DNA from: Nitrospirota bacterium
Lineage (GTDB): Bacteria > Nitrospirota > Thermodesulfovibrionia > Thermodesulfovibrionales > Dissulfurispiraceae
Length of the DNA: 64,000 bases
Assembly (NCBI GenBank): GCA_040754455.1
Contig: JBFMCP010000001.1
Coordinates: 32,001 to 96,000, forward strand
Reading direction: 5' to 3'
Positions 20,028 to 30,007 of the stretch are shown piece by piece. A program made the position numbers and the translations under genes. The first letter of the stretch is position 1. Each line of letters begins with the position of its first letter. The notes beneath the pieces were generated by a model. The model did no database searches. It was not told the DNA's origin and saw nothing but the letters and a program-made list of their open reading frames with translations.

Positions 20028-21157
20028 ACAGTATTCTCCTTTATAGAACGTCTCTTCTCCGCCATCATGGCCTGATAGACCGCCAGGTATCCTGATACCA
20101 TGCGATGCGGCGTGAACTCGAGTGCTCTCATGCGTGCCTTTGCCGCCATTGCAGCACGGTACGAATCATCGCGGATCAGTGCTTTCAGCGCCTCCCTGAG
20201 CATTTCCGTATCATCGGGATGAACAAAGAGGGCGGCATCGTCCCAGATCTCGCGCAGGCTCGGTATATCGCCAAGGACAAGGGCGCAGGCCGAAAGACCT
20301 GCTTCGAGTATAGAGAGCCCGAAGGGCTCATAGTACGCAGGAAGCGCATAGATCGATGCACGGGCAAGCCATGAGGCGATTGCCCTAGCCGAGAGGCGGC
20401 CCAGCCGCCGGAAGTTGTCCGTCCGCGCGGCGCCGTGCTCATCAGCCCCCGAGGGATACTGCTCCTCACCCGCACTATAGACGGGCCAGGAGAGAGAGGG
20501 AGCAATCCGATGCAGTGCCGCAACATTTTTTGCCCTGTCCCACAGACGCCCTGCAGTGAGCACGAACGGCTCTTTGATCCCCGGCAGAAAGAGCTCGGGA
20601 TCCCTTCCATTCGGCACGACCATCTCCCGGACAATCGGCCCATACTGCAGGTGCAGCATATCGAGCATCGCATGGGTCGGCGCAATCACAAAATCTGCTG
20701 CATGCAACCCCTGCGTAACCGCTTCCCGATACGTCTCCCACTCCCCGGGCGCAGGCTCATTCCTGACCGCCTGCCACCACGACAGGACACAGGAATGTCC
20801 GACGACCAGCTTCGGTGCGCGGAACGAGAGTACGCCATGCGCATATCCGTTAAGGTGAACAATGTCGGGGTCGATTTCCTCCTCGAGCGAGAGCAGCCAT
20901 GCTCCTGCGCTCACGATATCGTCCCAGGGCTGTTCCATCCATTCGAGCTTGAAGGCACTTTCATAAACCTTTATGTCAGGTATCCGGGCAATTTCCTTCC
21001 ACTGTTCTTCAGTTAGAGGTGCGCCCATCGTGGCAAGTACCACTTCGATGCCATGCTTCCAGAGCATATGTGAAAGCTCGACAGCATAGGTCCAGACGCC
21101 TCCCATCGTATCGGCAGTCATGAGGATCCGCTCGGGGAGTGGCGCTCCGTTACTCAT
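20018..21157 (-). CDS. Glycosyltransferase family 4
   Basis: ADTMGGVWTY, AGRLWDRAKN, YEPFGLSILEA. Confidence 0.88.
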   Translation of the reverse strand: MSNGAPLPERILMTADTMGGVWTYAVELSHMLWKHGIEVVLATMGAPLTEEQWKEIARIPDIKVYESAFKLEWMEQPWDDIVSAGAWLLSLEEEIDPDIVHLNGYAHGVLSFRAPKLVVGHSCVLSWWQAVRNEPAPGEWETYREAVTQGLHAADFVIAPTHAMLDMLHLQYGPIVREMVVPNGRDPELFLPGIKEPFVLTAGRLWDRAKNVAALHRIAPSLSWPVYSAGEEQYPSGADEHGAARTDNFRRLGRLSARAIASWLARASIYALPAYYEPFGLSILEAGLSACALVLGDIPSLREIWDDAALFVHPDDTEMLREALKALIRDDSYRAAMAAKARMRALEFTPHRMVSGYLAVYQAMMAEKRRSIKENTVCV

Positions 21158-22449
21158 CGCGTTCCACCCACTTCCAGCTCCTCCAGAGAGAGAAACTGTC
21201 TATCCTGAATATCACTGAAGACGCGATTACGGTGCACATAATCATCATGAGCCCGCTCCCAGGCCCGGTCATCGGGAGCTCCCCAATGCTTCCGGTACTC
21301 TGCCGAACCGGGATAGGGGAAGAGGGGAACCGGTTTGTTCGCCCACACCCCGAACCGGCGGAGGTGTTGTCTCCATTGTTCAATGGCCCCGCGCTCATCG
21401 GTATGCGCATCCATTAATGTCGCCTGTACGAACGGCACGCCCCGCTTCGCATGCAGCAGAAGCCGGGTAAGCTCTTCCGTCGACATCCGGCAGCTTTTGT
21501 TGAGCCGCATCCGGCCTTTTTCGGTGATGCTCTCGACCCCCGCCTCTATGGAAACGCACCCTGCCTCACCGAGCAGATCGAGCATTTCAGGCGACCATAG
21601 ATCGATCCTGGTCTGGATGCCGAACTTCACCGGACGCTCTTTCAGTGCAGAAAGCAGCGCTGCATCGGGCATGAAGAGCTCATCGATAAAGTAGAGATAT
21701 TCGATGCCGTGATCAAGGAGGCCGTCAAGCTCGCTGAGCACAGTTGCAAGAGGCCTTTTACGAAACGGCCCTCGGAAACTTTCCCGTGCGCAAAACGAAC
21801 AATGGTAGGGACAGCCCCGTGAGGCTTCCATTTCAGCGCCGGGACCGGCAGGTGCGGCATCAAAGCGGTGGTGATGGTGCCTGTGTTTCCCGATCATACG
21901 CCGCGGCCAGCTGAGCGCAGAAAGCGCGGCAACATCAGCAACATGCGGTGCGCCCTGCACCCGCACCTCTTCGCCCTCTCTCAAACAGAGTGATGAAATG
22001 GTGTGCCATGCAGCGCGATCGGTACCGGCGAGCCGGGAGATGACTTCTTCGGCTTCGCCCATGATGACCGCGTCAACATCGAGCTTCTTCAGCACCGCAC
22101 GCGGAGTTACCGAGCCGTGTGGTCCTATGGCGACAATAGCCTTGGTAAATTCCTTGACCGCGCTCACAGTCTCCTGCGGAATGCGGAGTTCGGGAGGAGG
22201 ACAGCGCCAGAAGAGATAGCTCGGCGCCGTTGTTACGACCGTCAGATCGGGACTGAATACTTTCGCCTTCTGCCGCAGAATCCCGCACGTAAGCCCCTCC
22301 AGATGTCCATCATGCAGGAGCACTTCGTGTCCGGCGGCTTCGAGGAGTTTTTGGGCATACCCGTATTCGAGCGGCAGATGGGGTTCGCGGCAACCGAAAT
22401 AAATACTGCCGTCATAGGTCCAGTGGGGATTAATCAGCAAGCACTTCAT
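21154..22449 (-). CDS. TIGR04295-family B12-binding radical SAM protein
   Basis: GSIYFGCREPHLPLE, APSYLFWRC, HHHRFD, SRGCPYHCSFC. Confidence 0.88.
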   Translation of the reverse strand: MKCLLINPHWTYDGSIYFGCREPHLPLEYGYAQKLLEAAGHEVLLHDGHLEGLTCGILRQKAKVFSPDLTVVTTAPSYLFWRCPPPELRIPQETVSAVKEFTKAIVAIGPHGSVTPRAVLKKLDVDAVIMGEAEEVISRLAGTDRAAWHTISSLCLREGEEVRVQGAPHVADVAALSALSWPRRMIGKHRHHHHRFDAAPAGPGAEMEASRGCPYHCSFCARESFRGPFRKRPLATVLSELDGLLDHGIEYLYFIDELFMPDAALLSALKERPVKFGIQTRIDLWSPEMLDLLGEAGCVSIEAGVESITEKGRMRLNKSCRMSTEELTRLLLHAKRGVPFVQATLMDAHTDERGAIEQWRQHLRRFGVWANKPVPLFPYPGSAEYRKHWGAPDDRAWERAHDDYVHRNRVFSDIQDRQFLSLEELEVGGTR

Positions 22450-24538
22450 CGTAGATTCCCTCGTTCACCACCCGGCCGGCGGACTGGCTGCGTGACATGA
22501 CCAGCCATTCATAGAGCTTCCCCACGCCCTCTCTCACCCCCACGCGGGGCGACCAGCCGGTCATGGCCTTGAACTTCCTCGAATCGGACACATAGTAGCG
22601 CTGGTCGCCATGGCGCCATTCGTCGAAATGGATATCGGGCCTCGCTTCATGGAGTACCTCAATGAGATCGATCAATTCGAGAAGGCTCAGGGTGTTGGCC
22701 GGACCTCCACCGATATTGAACGCCTGGCCAGAGAGGGCTTTTATATGCTCTTGGGCGAGCAAGAAAGCATTGACCAGGTCATCAACATAAAGCACATCCC
22801 GCACCTGCATACCGTCACCGTAAATCGTAATCGGGCGGTCGCTGATGGCGCTGAGCAGGAAGTGTGCAATCCACCCCTGGTCTTCGGTGCCCATCTGGTG
22901 AGGTCCATAGATACAGCTCATGCGGAACACCGTCGCCGGGATATTGAAGGTACGGGCATAATCGAGCACATACTGGTCCGCCGCTCCCTTTGAACATCCG
23001 TAGGGACTGCAGAAATCGATCATACAACGCTCGCTGATGCCTGACAGACGGGTCAGGAAATCGATAGGCTCGTACCGGTCGCCGTACCTGCGCAGGTAGA
23101 CATCCTGAAGGCTCCCGTACACCTTATTGGTTGAAGTAAAGACGAGCGGAGGAGGATCGTTCAGGGAACGCAGCACCTCGAGAAGGTTGATGGTACCGCG
23201 GACATTCACCGCGAAATCGTGCGCAGGATTGGCGATACTGGTGGTGACGGCGACCTGGGCGGCGAGATGGAATACCTGCTTCGCTCTCTGCACTTCCCTG
23301 CGTAGGGAGGCGGGGTCGCCGATATCAGCGATCTCCGCCTGCACCAGATCCCCATAGGTCTCCTGCAGCCACCGAAGGTTCTGTTCTACCCTGGGCCTCG
23401 ACAGATTATCGAAGATGACCACCGGTTGCTCGTTCTTCAGCAGGCGGTGCGCGAGGTTCGTTCCGATGAATCCTGCACCGCCGATGATAAGCGTCGGCTT
23501 TTGTCGCTGCGCCGGTTTTGTCGCACGTTTCATCACCTCTTGTACCGCCTCAATACCCCCGCTCTCCCAGAGACGGAAGAGCAGCTTCGGCCTCCCGTCG
23601 GCATACTTGAGACCCAGATGATAGTTCCGCTCATCGGCACGGATATCATCGGGAACAGCGGTCTCCCGGTCGAGATCATGGAGCGTTGACCAATACATGC
23701 GGCTCACCGGTGCCGCGATCGCTTTCAGAAAACAGCGCGCCTGTCCTGCCTCGCTGTGTTGCCATGTCGAATAGCCGGTTCCCGTAATCCAGAGCTCCCG
23801 TCTCAAACTGAAAGTGTCGAGCAGATCACGAATCTCGACGATCTTTGCACCCCACTCGTCCCAATCAAACTCCCACGTCCCGGGATAACCGTGGATGCCG
23901 ACAGCATCAATATAGGAAAGGACGCCGCGCTCGCACAACAGGCGGAGCCATCGCAGATCAGTCGGGCACATGCCACAGAGCACCGTGTTCTTATTGCTGT
24001 CCTTTGCCCTGTAGGCGGCGCCGGTGATCATATCCGAGAAAATGAGCCACTCAGGATCGAGCCTCCGGTCCCAGCTCATGAGCCTGTTCGGTTCGTTCCA
24101 TAACTCAATCCAGTCAAAATACTTTCCCGCCCTGGAGATAACATCGTCAATGAAACCGGCAAAGACACTCGGCTCGCGCGGCGGCGCGGAGGTTCTGGGT
24201 ACAAGGCCGAGCGATGGTGGTGTGGCGGTAACGCAGGGGAGGACATTGATGTCCCCGGCAAGACGCTGGAGCAGCCAGAGATACCACTCCATACCTTCGG
24301 CAGTCTGCCACTCAGCCCAGGATATCCCAGTGCGAAGCTCGGTAATCCCAAGGACCTTACAATCAGCGATGACCTTTTCAACACGGTCATGTTCACCGGG
24401 GCGAAACCATTCGCTGATGCCGATAACCGGCTGTACCACAACAGCACCCGGTTGATGACCTTGCCCGGTCAGGGCCGGCTGTTGTGGTCGTCCCCGCTTA
24501 TCCTTTATTTTAGTATTTATGTAATGCACCTCGCTCAT
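22430..24538 (-). CDS. Fusion: N-terminal GH-A-like TIM barrel + NAD-dependent epimerase (CDP-paratose 2-epimerase-like)
   Basis: LRTGISW..LWNEPN..HGYPGTW; then GGAGFIG, AAQVAVTTS, STNKVYG, YGCSK, EDQGW; ATGA overlap. Confidence 0.85.
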   Translation of the reverse strand: MSEVHYINTKIKDKRGRPQQPALTGQGHQPGAVVVQPVIGISEWFRPGEHDRVEKVIADCKVLGITELRTGISWAEWQTAEGMEWYLWLLQRLAGDINVLPCVTATPPSLGLVPRTSAPPREPSVFAGFIDDVISRAGKYFDWIELWNEPNRLMSWDRRLDPEWLIFSDMITGAAYRAKDSNKNTVLCGMCPTDLRWLRLLCERGVLSYIDAVGIHGYPGTWEFDWDEWGAKIVEIRDLLDTFSLRRELWITGTGYSTWQHSEAGQARCFLKAIAAPVSRMYWSTLHDLDRETAVPDDIRADERNYHLGLKYADGRPKLLFRLWESGGIEAVQEVMKRATKPAQRQKPTLIIGGAGFIGTNLAHRLLKNEQPVVIFDNLSRPRVEQNLRWLQETYGDLVQAEIADIGDPASLRREVQRAKQVFHLAAQVAVTTSIANPAHDFAVNVRGTINLLEVLRSLNDPPPLVFTSTNKVYGSLQDVYLRRYGDRYEPIDFLTRLSGISERCMIDFCSPYGCSKGAADQYVLDYARTFNIPATVFRMSCIYGPHQMGTEDQGWIAHFLLSAISDRPITIYGDGMQVRDVLYVDDLVNAFLLAQEHIKALSGQAFNIGGGPANTLSLLELIDLIEVLHEARPDIHFDEWRHGDQRYYVSDSRKFKAMTGWSPRVGVREGVGKLYEWLVMSRSQSAGRVVNEGIYDEVLAD

Positions 24539-25653
24539 ACGGTCAACCCCCGTCCGGCGAGTTCTGCACACGCCTCATCAACCCGGTCGAGGGCAACCCT
24601 TCCCTCAAACCATTCACGCAACTCGATCAATCCCTCTTCGAGCGTTACCTGCGGCTCGTACTGCAGGATGTCCCGGGCCCGCGAGATATCGGCGAAGCAG
24701 TGGCGTATATCGCCCATCCGGTATTTCCCCGTAATTTCCGGAAAGAGGCGCTTCCTTCCGAACACCGCAGCCATACGTTCGGCGACTTCCAGGATGGTAT
24801 ATTGATAGCCGCTCCCTATATTGAATACCTGGTACGCAGCCTCAGGCACTTCCAGTGCATGCCGGCACGCCCGTGCAACGTCATAGACGCTTACAAAGTC
24901 CCGCTGCTGATACCCGTCCTCATACACGAGCGGCGGCTTGCCGTTGAGAATACGCGCGGCAAAGATCGCCAGCACCCCGGTATAGGGATTCGAGGATGCC
25001 TGACGGGTTCCGAAGACATTGAAGAACCTCAGCGCCACTGTCGGAATGCTGTACGCCTGGCCGACCATCATGCAGGCACGTTCCTGATCGTACTTTGAAA
25101 GGGCATAGATGGACGAGAGAGAGGGCGTCTTTGTTTCCGGCGTTGCAATGGGAATCAACACCTCACCCTCACTGCTGTGGATCTCCCATATTCCCGACTT
25201 CAACTGCTCAAGGGTGCGCTTCATATCGGGATAGAGTCGTCCGTCGGGTGCGCAGTACAGCCCCTCGCCATAGATGCTCATGCTCGAGGCAACGACGAGA
25301 CGCTCGACGGGGCGCTTCGTCAGGGCTTCGAGCAGTACTGCCGTCCCCCTGCAGTTCACATCAGTATACTTTTCGATTTGATACATGCTCTGGCCGACGC
25401 CCACTGCCGCAGCGAAATGAAATACCGCATCGATGCCGCTCAGCGCACGCCCTACCGCATCAGGATCCCTGACATCTCCGATGATCAGTTCCACGTCAGG
25501 ATGCAGATACTCAGGCCTCTTTCGCTCCGGGCCATGAACCTGCACAGAAAGATTATCAAGTGCGCGGACACGGTATCCTTTGTTAAGCAGTTCGTCTGCG
25601 AGATGCGATCCGATAAAACCGGCTCCGCCGGTGATCAAAATATGCTTACCCAC
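24535..25653 (-). CDS. NAD-dependent nucleotide-sugar epimerase/dehydratase
   Basis: ITGGAGFIGSH, AAAVGVGQSM, SSMSIYGEG, YALSK, NPYTGV. Confidence 0.9.
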   Translation of the reverse strand: MGKHILITGGAGFIGSHLADELLNKGYRVRALDNLSVQVHGPERKRPEYLHPDVELIIGDVRDPDAVGRALSGIDAVFHFAAAVGVGQSMYQIEKYTDVNCRGTAVLLEALTKRPVERLVVASSMSIYGEGLYCAPDGRLYPDMKRTLEQLKSGIWEIHSSEGEVLIPIATPETKTPSLSSIYALSKYDQERACMMVGQAYSIPTVALRFFNVFGTRQASSNPYTGVLAIFAARILNGKPPLVYEDGYQQRDFVSVYDVARACRHALEVPEAAYQVFNIGSGYQYTILEVAERMAAVFGRKRLFPEITGKYRMGDIRHCFADISRARDILQYEPQVTLEEGLIELREWFEGRVALDRVDEACAELAGRGLTV

Positions 25654-26069
25654 TGTCGCCTCCTGAATGATACACCTGTATTTCTCACCATGCCTGCGGT
25701 GATACAGATCAGATACGGATGCTTCTGTCAGTAAGAATTTTTCGGGTACTTTGCAAGGAACAGATTATTATTCTTATTGCAGTGTTTAGTGAGAAATCCA
25801 ATGCCGCTGGTTAATAAGATACGGGGTCTCTCATTGCCTTATGGTGATCCGTGCTCGCTCGTGTGCAAAAGGCAGCGATGCGGAGGCATGCTGTTGGTGC
25901 TCGGTTGCAGCGGTCTGCTGCGAGTATCCTGCACGGGGAGAGGCATAGTGCATACGCTTCGTCTCTCCGATCATCATCATACCTCTTTTTAAACTTATAA
26001 CAGACGTTTTTAGGGTTGTCAAGCATTTGCAGGATGTTATGCAACAACAATCGATCTTCCTGCCGCGTA

Positions 26070-26789
26070 TTATCTCCCCTTTCTCACGCGCTTATAGAGT
26101 ATGGGCAGCAGGGTAAAAAGAACCACGAGCAGGAGCGCGGCGATGAACCGTGCAGAGAGCAGGTCGTTGACGGACTGGATCGTGCCGAGCTGTTTGCCAG
26201 CAAAGGAGTAGACCGCTGCACCGGGGAGCATACCCAAAAAGGTGGTCCACAAAAATGTTCTGTAGGTAATTCCGGTGAGGCCCGCAAGCATATTGACAAG
26301 GAAAAAGGGGAGCACCGGGACGACCCTCAGAATAATCAGATAGATATAGCCGTTTCGTTCTATCTCCCTGTTGAACTTTATCAATTGGCTTTTGTAGTGC
26401 GATTGTATTTTCTTGCCGGCAATATACCGCGCCGCCCAAAAAGAAAGGGACGCTCCTGCGGTTGCTCCTATTCCGGTGTACACTGTTCCTAAAACGACGC
26501 CGAAGAGGAACCCTCCGGCAAGGGTCAGCACAAGAGCGCCGGGTACCAGAAAAGCGGTAGAAATGAAGAGTCCGATATAGATTCCGACGGCGAGGAGGTA
26601 ATGTCCTTCCACATACGCCTTGAGAAATGCGCTGTTCTGCTTTATGTTCTCGAAAGTCAAATATTCGCTGAGTCCCGCGGCTCTCAGAACCCCTATGATC
26701 ATCAGCACGAGGACGAGCAGGATAATCTCTTTTTTTGATTTATAGAGCCACCCGTAGGAAGCCTTCCTTTTATCTCCGGCAGTTCTCAT
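26070..26789 (-). CDS. TVP38/TMEM64 (VTT/DedA-like) membrane protein
   Basis: PGALVLTLAGGFLFG, LRVVPVLPFFLVN, GMLPG. Confidence 0.88.
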   Translation of the reverse strand: MRTAGDKRKASYGWLYKSKKEIILLVLVLMIIGVLRAAGLSEYLTFENIKQNSAFLKAYVEGHYLLAVGIYIGLFISTAFLVPGALVLTLAGGFLFGVVLGTVYTGIGATAGASLSFWAARYIAGKKIQSHYKSQLIKFNREIERNGYIYLIILRVVPVLPFFLVNMLAGLTGITYRTFLWTTFLGMLPGAAVYSFAGKQLGTIQSVNDLLSARFIAALLLVVLFTLLPILYKRVRKGR

Positions 26790-27008
26790 TGCAGTTTTCT
26801 GTGATGCTGTTGTTATTTAAGTCTATATCAGTTAGTGCCACGGTGCAATGCAGTGCAACGATGCTCTTTTCTTACCACCGCGACTCGGGAATTCCGCAGT
26901 CGATTGCAGCAAATATCCTTCGCGTGTACGTCCTGAAGGTTGAGGTGACGTGCTCTTTCACTGTATAATAGTTGCAGAGCATTTCTTTGTTGTTCTGTCT
27001 GTACCATA

Positions 27009-27755
27009 ATGAAGTTATCAAAAAGCATCAGTATCATGACGTATAATGTCCACAGCTGTATCGGCAGGGACGGCAGAATTTCACCATTCAGAATCGCCAA
27101 TATCATTGCCCAGTACGACCCGGATATCGTTGCGTTGCAGGAGCTCGATGTCGGACGTGTCCGTACCGGGCACATTCATCAGGCAAAGATGATCGCCGAC
27201 CACCTCAATATGGATTTCCATTTTCATCCCTCAATCGAGATCAGAGAGGAACAGTACGGCAACGCGATTTTAAGTCGCTATCCCCTCCGCATGGTGCAGG
27301 CGGGCTCGTTGCCAACCCTGAAGGACCGCACGCTCGAAACTCGCGGAGCACTCTGGACCTCCATCGATGTTGAGGGGCAAGCAGTTCATGTTGTGAATAC
27401 GCATCTCGGGCTCAACGGACGGGAGCGCGCGACACAAGCGGAAGCGCTGCTCAGCTCGGAGTGGCTGGAGCACCCCTCGTGCTGCTCGCCCTTCTTTATC
27501 TGCGGAGATTTCAATGCCCTGCCGCTGTCGACGGTGTACCGCCGCTTTAAAGCAAAACTGCAGGATGTGCAGCACGGCAACGGCAACCGGCCCCGAAACA
27601 CCTATCCGAGCTTTTACCCGATTTTCCGTATCGACCACATCTTCACCAGTCCGGAGGTCGTCGTGCATTCCGTCGAGGTGCCGCGCACCTCTTTGACCCG
27701 TATTGCTTCAGATCATCTTCCGCTTATCGCGAGAGTAAGTATCCGGGAACCCTAA
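27009..27755 (+). CDS. Endonuclease/exonuclease/phosphatase family protein (YbhP-like)
   Basis: TYNVH, ALQE, GNAILSR, GDFN, IDHIF, SDHLP. Confidence 0.9.
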   Translation: MKLSKSISIMTYNVHSCIGRDGRISPFRIANIIAQYDPDIVALQELDVGRVRTGHIHQAKMIADHLNMDFHFHPSIEIREEQYGNAILSRYPLRMVQAGSLPTLKDRTLETRGALWTSIDVEGQAVHVVNTHLGLNGRERATQAEALLSSEWLEHPSCCSPFFICGDFNALPLSTVYRRFKAKLQDVQHGNGNRPRNTYPSFYPIFRIDHIFTSPEVVVHSVEVPRTSLTRIASDHLPLIARVSIREP

Positions 27756-27784
27756 GCTGCCGCACCCTCGCGGGAGGGATAACA

Positions 27785-29365
27785 ATGTCTCCCATACTCA
27801 AGCCAGGTCGCAATTGCTGGGATATCCAGGATGTTGTAGAGTCGGGACTCCTCATCGACGGCCGCGACTACTACCGCGAATTCTACCGTGCTGCGAAAAA
27901 AGCGCGACACTACATCCTCATTTCCGGCTGGCAGTTCGACAGCGAAGTAAAACTGCTCAGGGGCGATGACGAGCAAATGGCCGACGGCGATGTCCGCTTC
28001 ATCGATTTTCTCAACAGCCTCTGTGAGCGCAATCCCGAGTTGAACATCTACATTCTCGCCTGGGACTTCAGCTTCATTTTTATGCTCGAAAGAGAATGGC
28101 TTCAGGAGTGGATCTTCGGATGGGAAGCCAATGAGCGCATACATTTCTATTTTGACAGTAGCCATCCCATCGGCGCCAGCCAGCACCAGAAATTCGTTGT
28201 GGTCGACGGCTGCATTGCCTTTATCGGGGGGATGGATATTTGCGCACACCGCTGGGATGATCGGGAACACCGCACCGAGGATCCCGAGCGGGTCGATACG
28301 GACGGAACCCCCTATACCCCGTACCATGACGTTCAGGCCTATGTGACCGGCCCCATAGTGGAACAGCTCAATGAGATATTCAAAGCGCGGTGGTTGCGCA
28401 CGACCGGCGATATCCTCAGGCTCCCTCCCTCGCTCAACACCTATATCACCGATATACGGCCGAGCGTCGTCATCAATGCAAAGAAAGCGGCCTTCAGCAG
28501 AACCCAGGCGAAGACACTCACCGCACTGCAACATGATATCAAAGAAATCCACCGGCTCTACACCAATGCCATCAACGCCGCCGAGCATCTCATCTATATA
28601 GAAAACCAGTATTTCAGCTCGCAGGCGGTTTTCAAAGCCCTTGTGAACAGAATGCGAAGCTCCTACCGGCCCTTGCTGCAGATCATCCTGATGTTGCCGA
28701 AAGAGCCCCAGGCCTTTCTCGAGAAGATAGCGGTAGGCTATTCGCAGGTGAAACTCCTTCGCTCGCTCAAGGAGATTGCAAAAAATACCGGACACGCACT
28801 GGGCATCTACTATCCCGCCCCTTCTACGGAAAACGGGAATACCACACCCGTCTACATCCATTCAAAGGTCCTGATTGTCGACGACCGTTTCCTCTGTGTC
28901 GGCTCGGCAAACACCACCAATCGGAGCCTCGGCCTCGATGCAGAGCTGAACATCTCCTGGGAAGCCCTTACAGAGGATGATCAGGCCCTTATACGCTCGA
29001 TCCGTGAGGTGCGCGCCGCGCTTCTTGCCGACCATACGGCAACCACAGGCGATCAGTTATACCGGATCGATGGAGTCGTCGATTTTCTCAACCAGCTTGC
29101 CGATAATCCCCGCAACCGGCTCAGGTATAATGAGCTCGAAAATGTTTTTGACAACAACAAGCTGCTGAAGAACATATGGCCCGATAGCCTTATCTTCGAT
29201 TTCGATCCCGATCGTCCGCTCCTCGAGGAAGATATTCATGAAATACTATCCTCGGATAAAAACTCGATCTTCGCGGGGGGGATTACGCTTTTGAAAAAAT
29301 GGCTCTCCGGCAAACAGGAGCAGCCCGCAGGACCGCAGGAGTCATCGGACCGGCGTGAGCCGTAA
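27785..29365 (+). CDS. Phospholipase D family protein (cardiolipin synthase-like)
   Basis: Two HKD motifs: HQKFVVVD and HSKVLIVDD..GSAN. Confidence 0.9.
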   Translation: MSPILKPGRNCWDIQDVVESGLLIDGRDYYREFYRAAKKARHYILISGWQFDSEVKLLRGDDEQMADGDVRFIDFLNSLCERNPELNIYILAWDFSFIFMLEREWLQEWIFGWEANERIHFYFDSSHPIGASQHQKFVVVDGCIAFIGGMDICAHRWDDREHRTEDPERVDTDGTPYTPYHDVQAYVTGPIVEQLNEIFKARWLRTTGDILRLPPSLNTYITDIRPSVVINAKKAAFSRTQAKTLTALQHDIKEIHRLYTNAINAAEHLIYIENQYFSSQAVFKALVNRMRSSYRPLLQIILMLPKEPQAFLEKIAVGYSQVKLLRSLKEIAKNTGHALGIYYPAPSTENGNTTPVYIHSKVLIVDDRFLCVGSANTTNRSLGLDAELNISWEALTEDDQALIRSIREVRAALLADHTATTGDQLYRIDGVVDFLNQLADNPRNRLRYNELENVFDNNKLLKNIWPDSLIFDFDPDRPLLEEDIHEILSSDKNSIFAGGITLLKKWLSGKQEQPAGPQESSDRREP

Positions 29366-29451
29366 AGAGTATCTCCTTATCGATGAAACGGCTGCCGAAG
29401 TGCAGGACAACTATAAAATAAAGGCTAAAGGCGGGCTAAGTGAGTTCTGTA

Positions 29452-29718
29452 TCAAAATAAAAAGAGGCCGACCCTGAAGCGATCCCCCAGAGGCATACTC
29501 CACTGGACGACGGCATTGGCGACCATGCCGCCATCATGCATGCGGGTAAATTCGACGAATTGCCCGAACCTCAGGAAACTATCGCTGATAATGCCGATAC
29601 CGCTGTCACTGATGTCGACCGTCGTGCAGAAATGCCTCTTTCCGGAACGGTCTCCGTAATGAACGAAGGCAAGGTCCGTTTGATACGGTGTCCTTACCTC
29701 TCTTCTTGCCTCTTTCAT
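29452..29718 (-). CDS. PilZ-domain protein
   Basis: RREVR and DISDSG motifs, V.W..GL.F ending. Confidence 0.8.
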   Translation of the reverse strand: MKEARREVRTPYQTDLAFVHYGDRSGKRHFCTTVDISDSGIGIISDSFLRFGQFVEFTRMHDGGMVANAVVQWSMPLGDRFRVGLFLF

Positions 29719-29834
29719 CGGACATACCTTACCAAATAGGCGCGATAATAGCAACCCTCGACGACGAGCGGGGGGGCATAGTGACGATTATTTCTGGGAA
29801 TGTGCAGATCGATCAATTCCTCCCTTTTGCGAGC

Positions 29835-29883
29835 AAAAGAGCTGAGGAGGCGGGAAATGACACACTCCCTCCTCCTCAGCTCT
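29835..29883 (-). terminator. Intrinsic terminator downstream of dnaK
   Basis: AGAGCTGAGGAGG / CCTCCTCAGCTCT stem with U-tract on the minus strand. Confidence 0.7.
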
Positions 29884-30007
29884 CAGGATGGGTTATTCAG
29901 CTCTTACGGCAACCTTTCACGTCTTCACCGCAATACGGTCATATCCTCCTTGTAGCATTCTCTTTTACCGGTTTGTGGACCTTTACGGTCCATAATGTTC
30001 ATTACCT

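Noticed and set aside
25777..26050. Short ORFs upstream of the glycosylation cluster
   Set aside because: Conflicting frames and no recognisable motif; probably promoter/UTR DNA.
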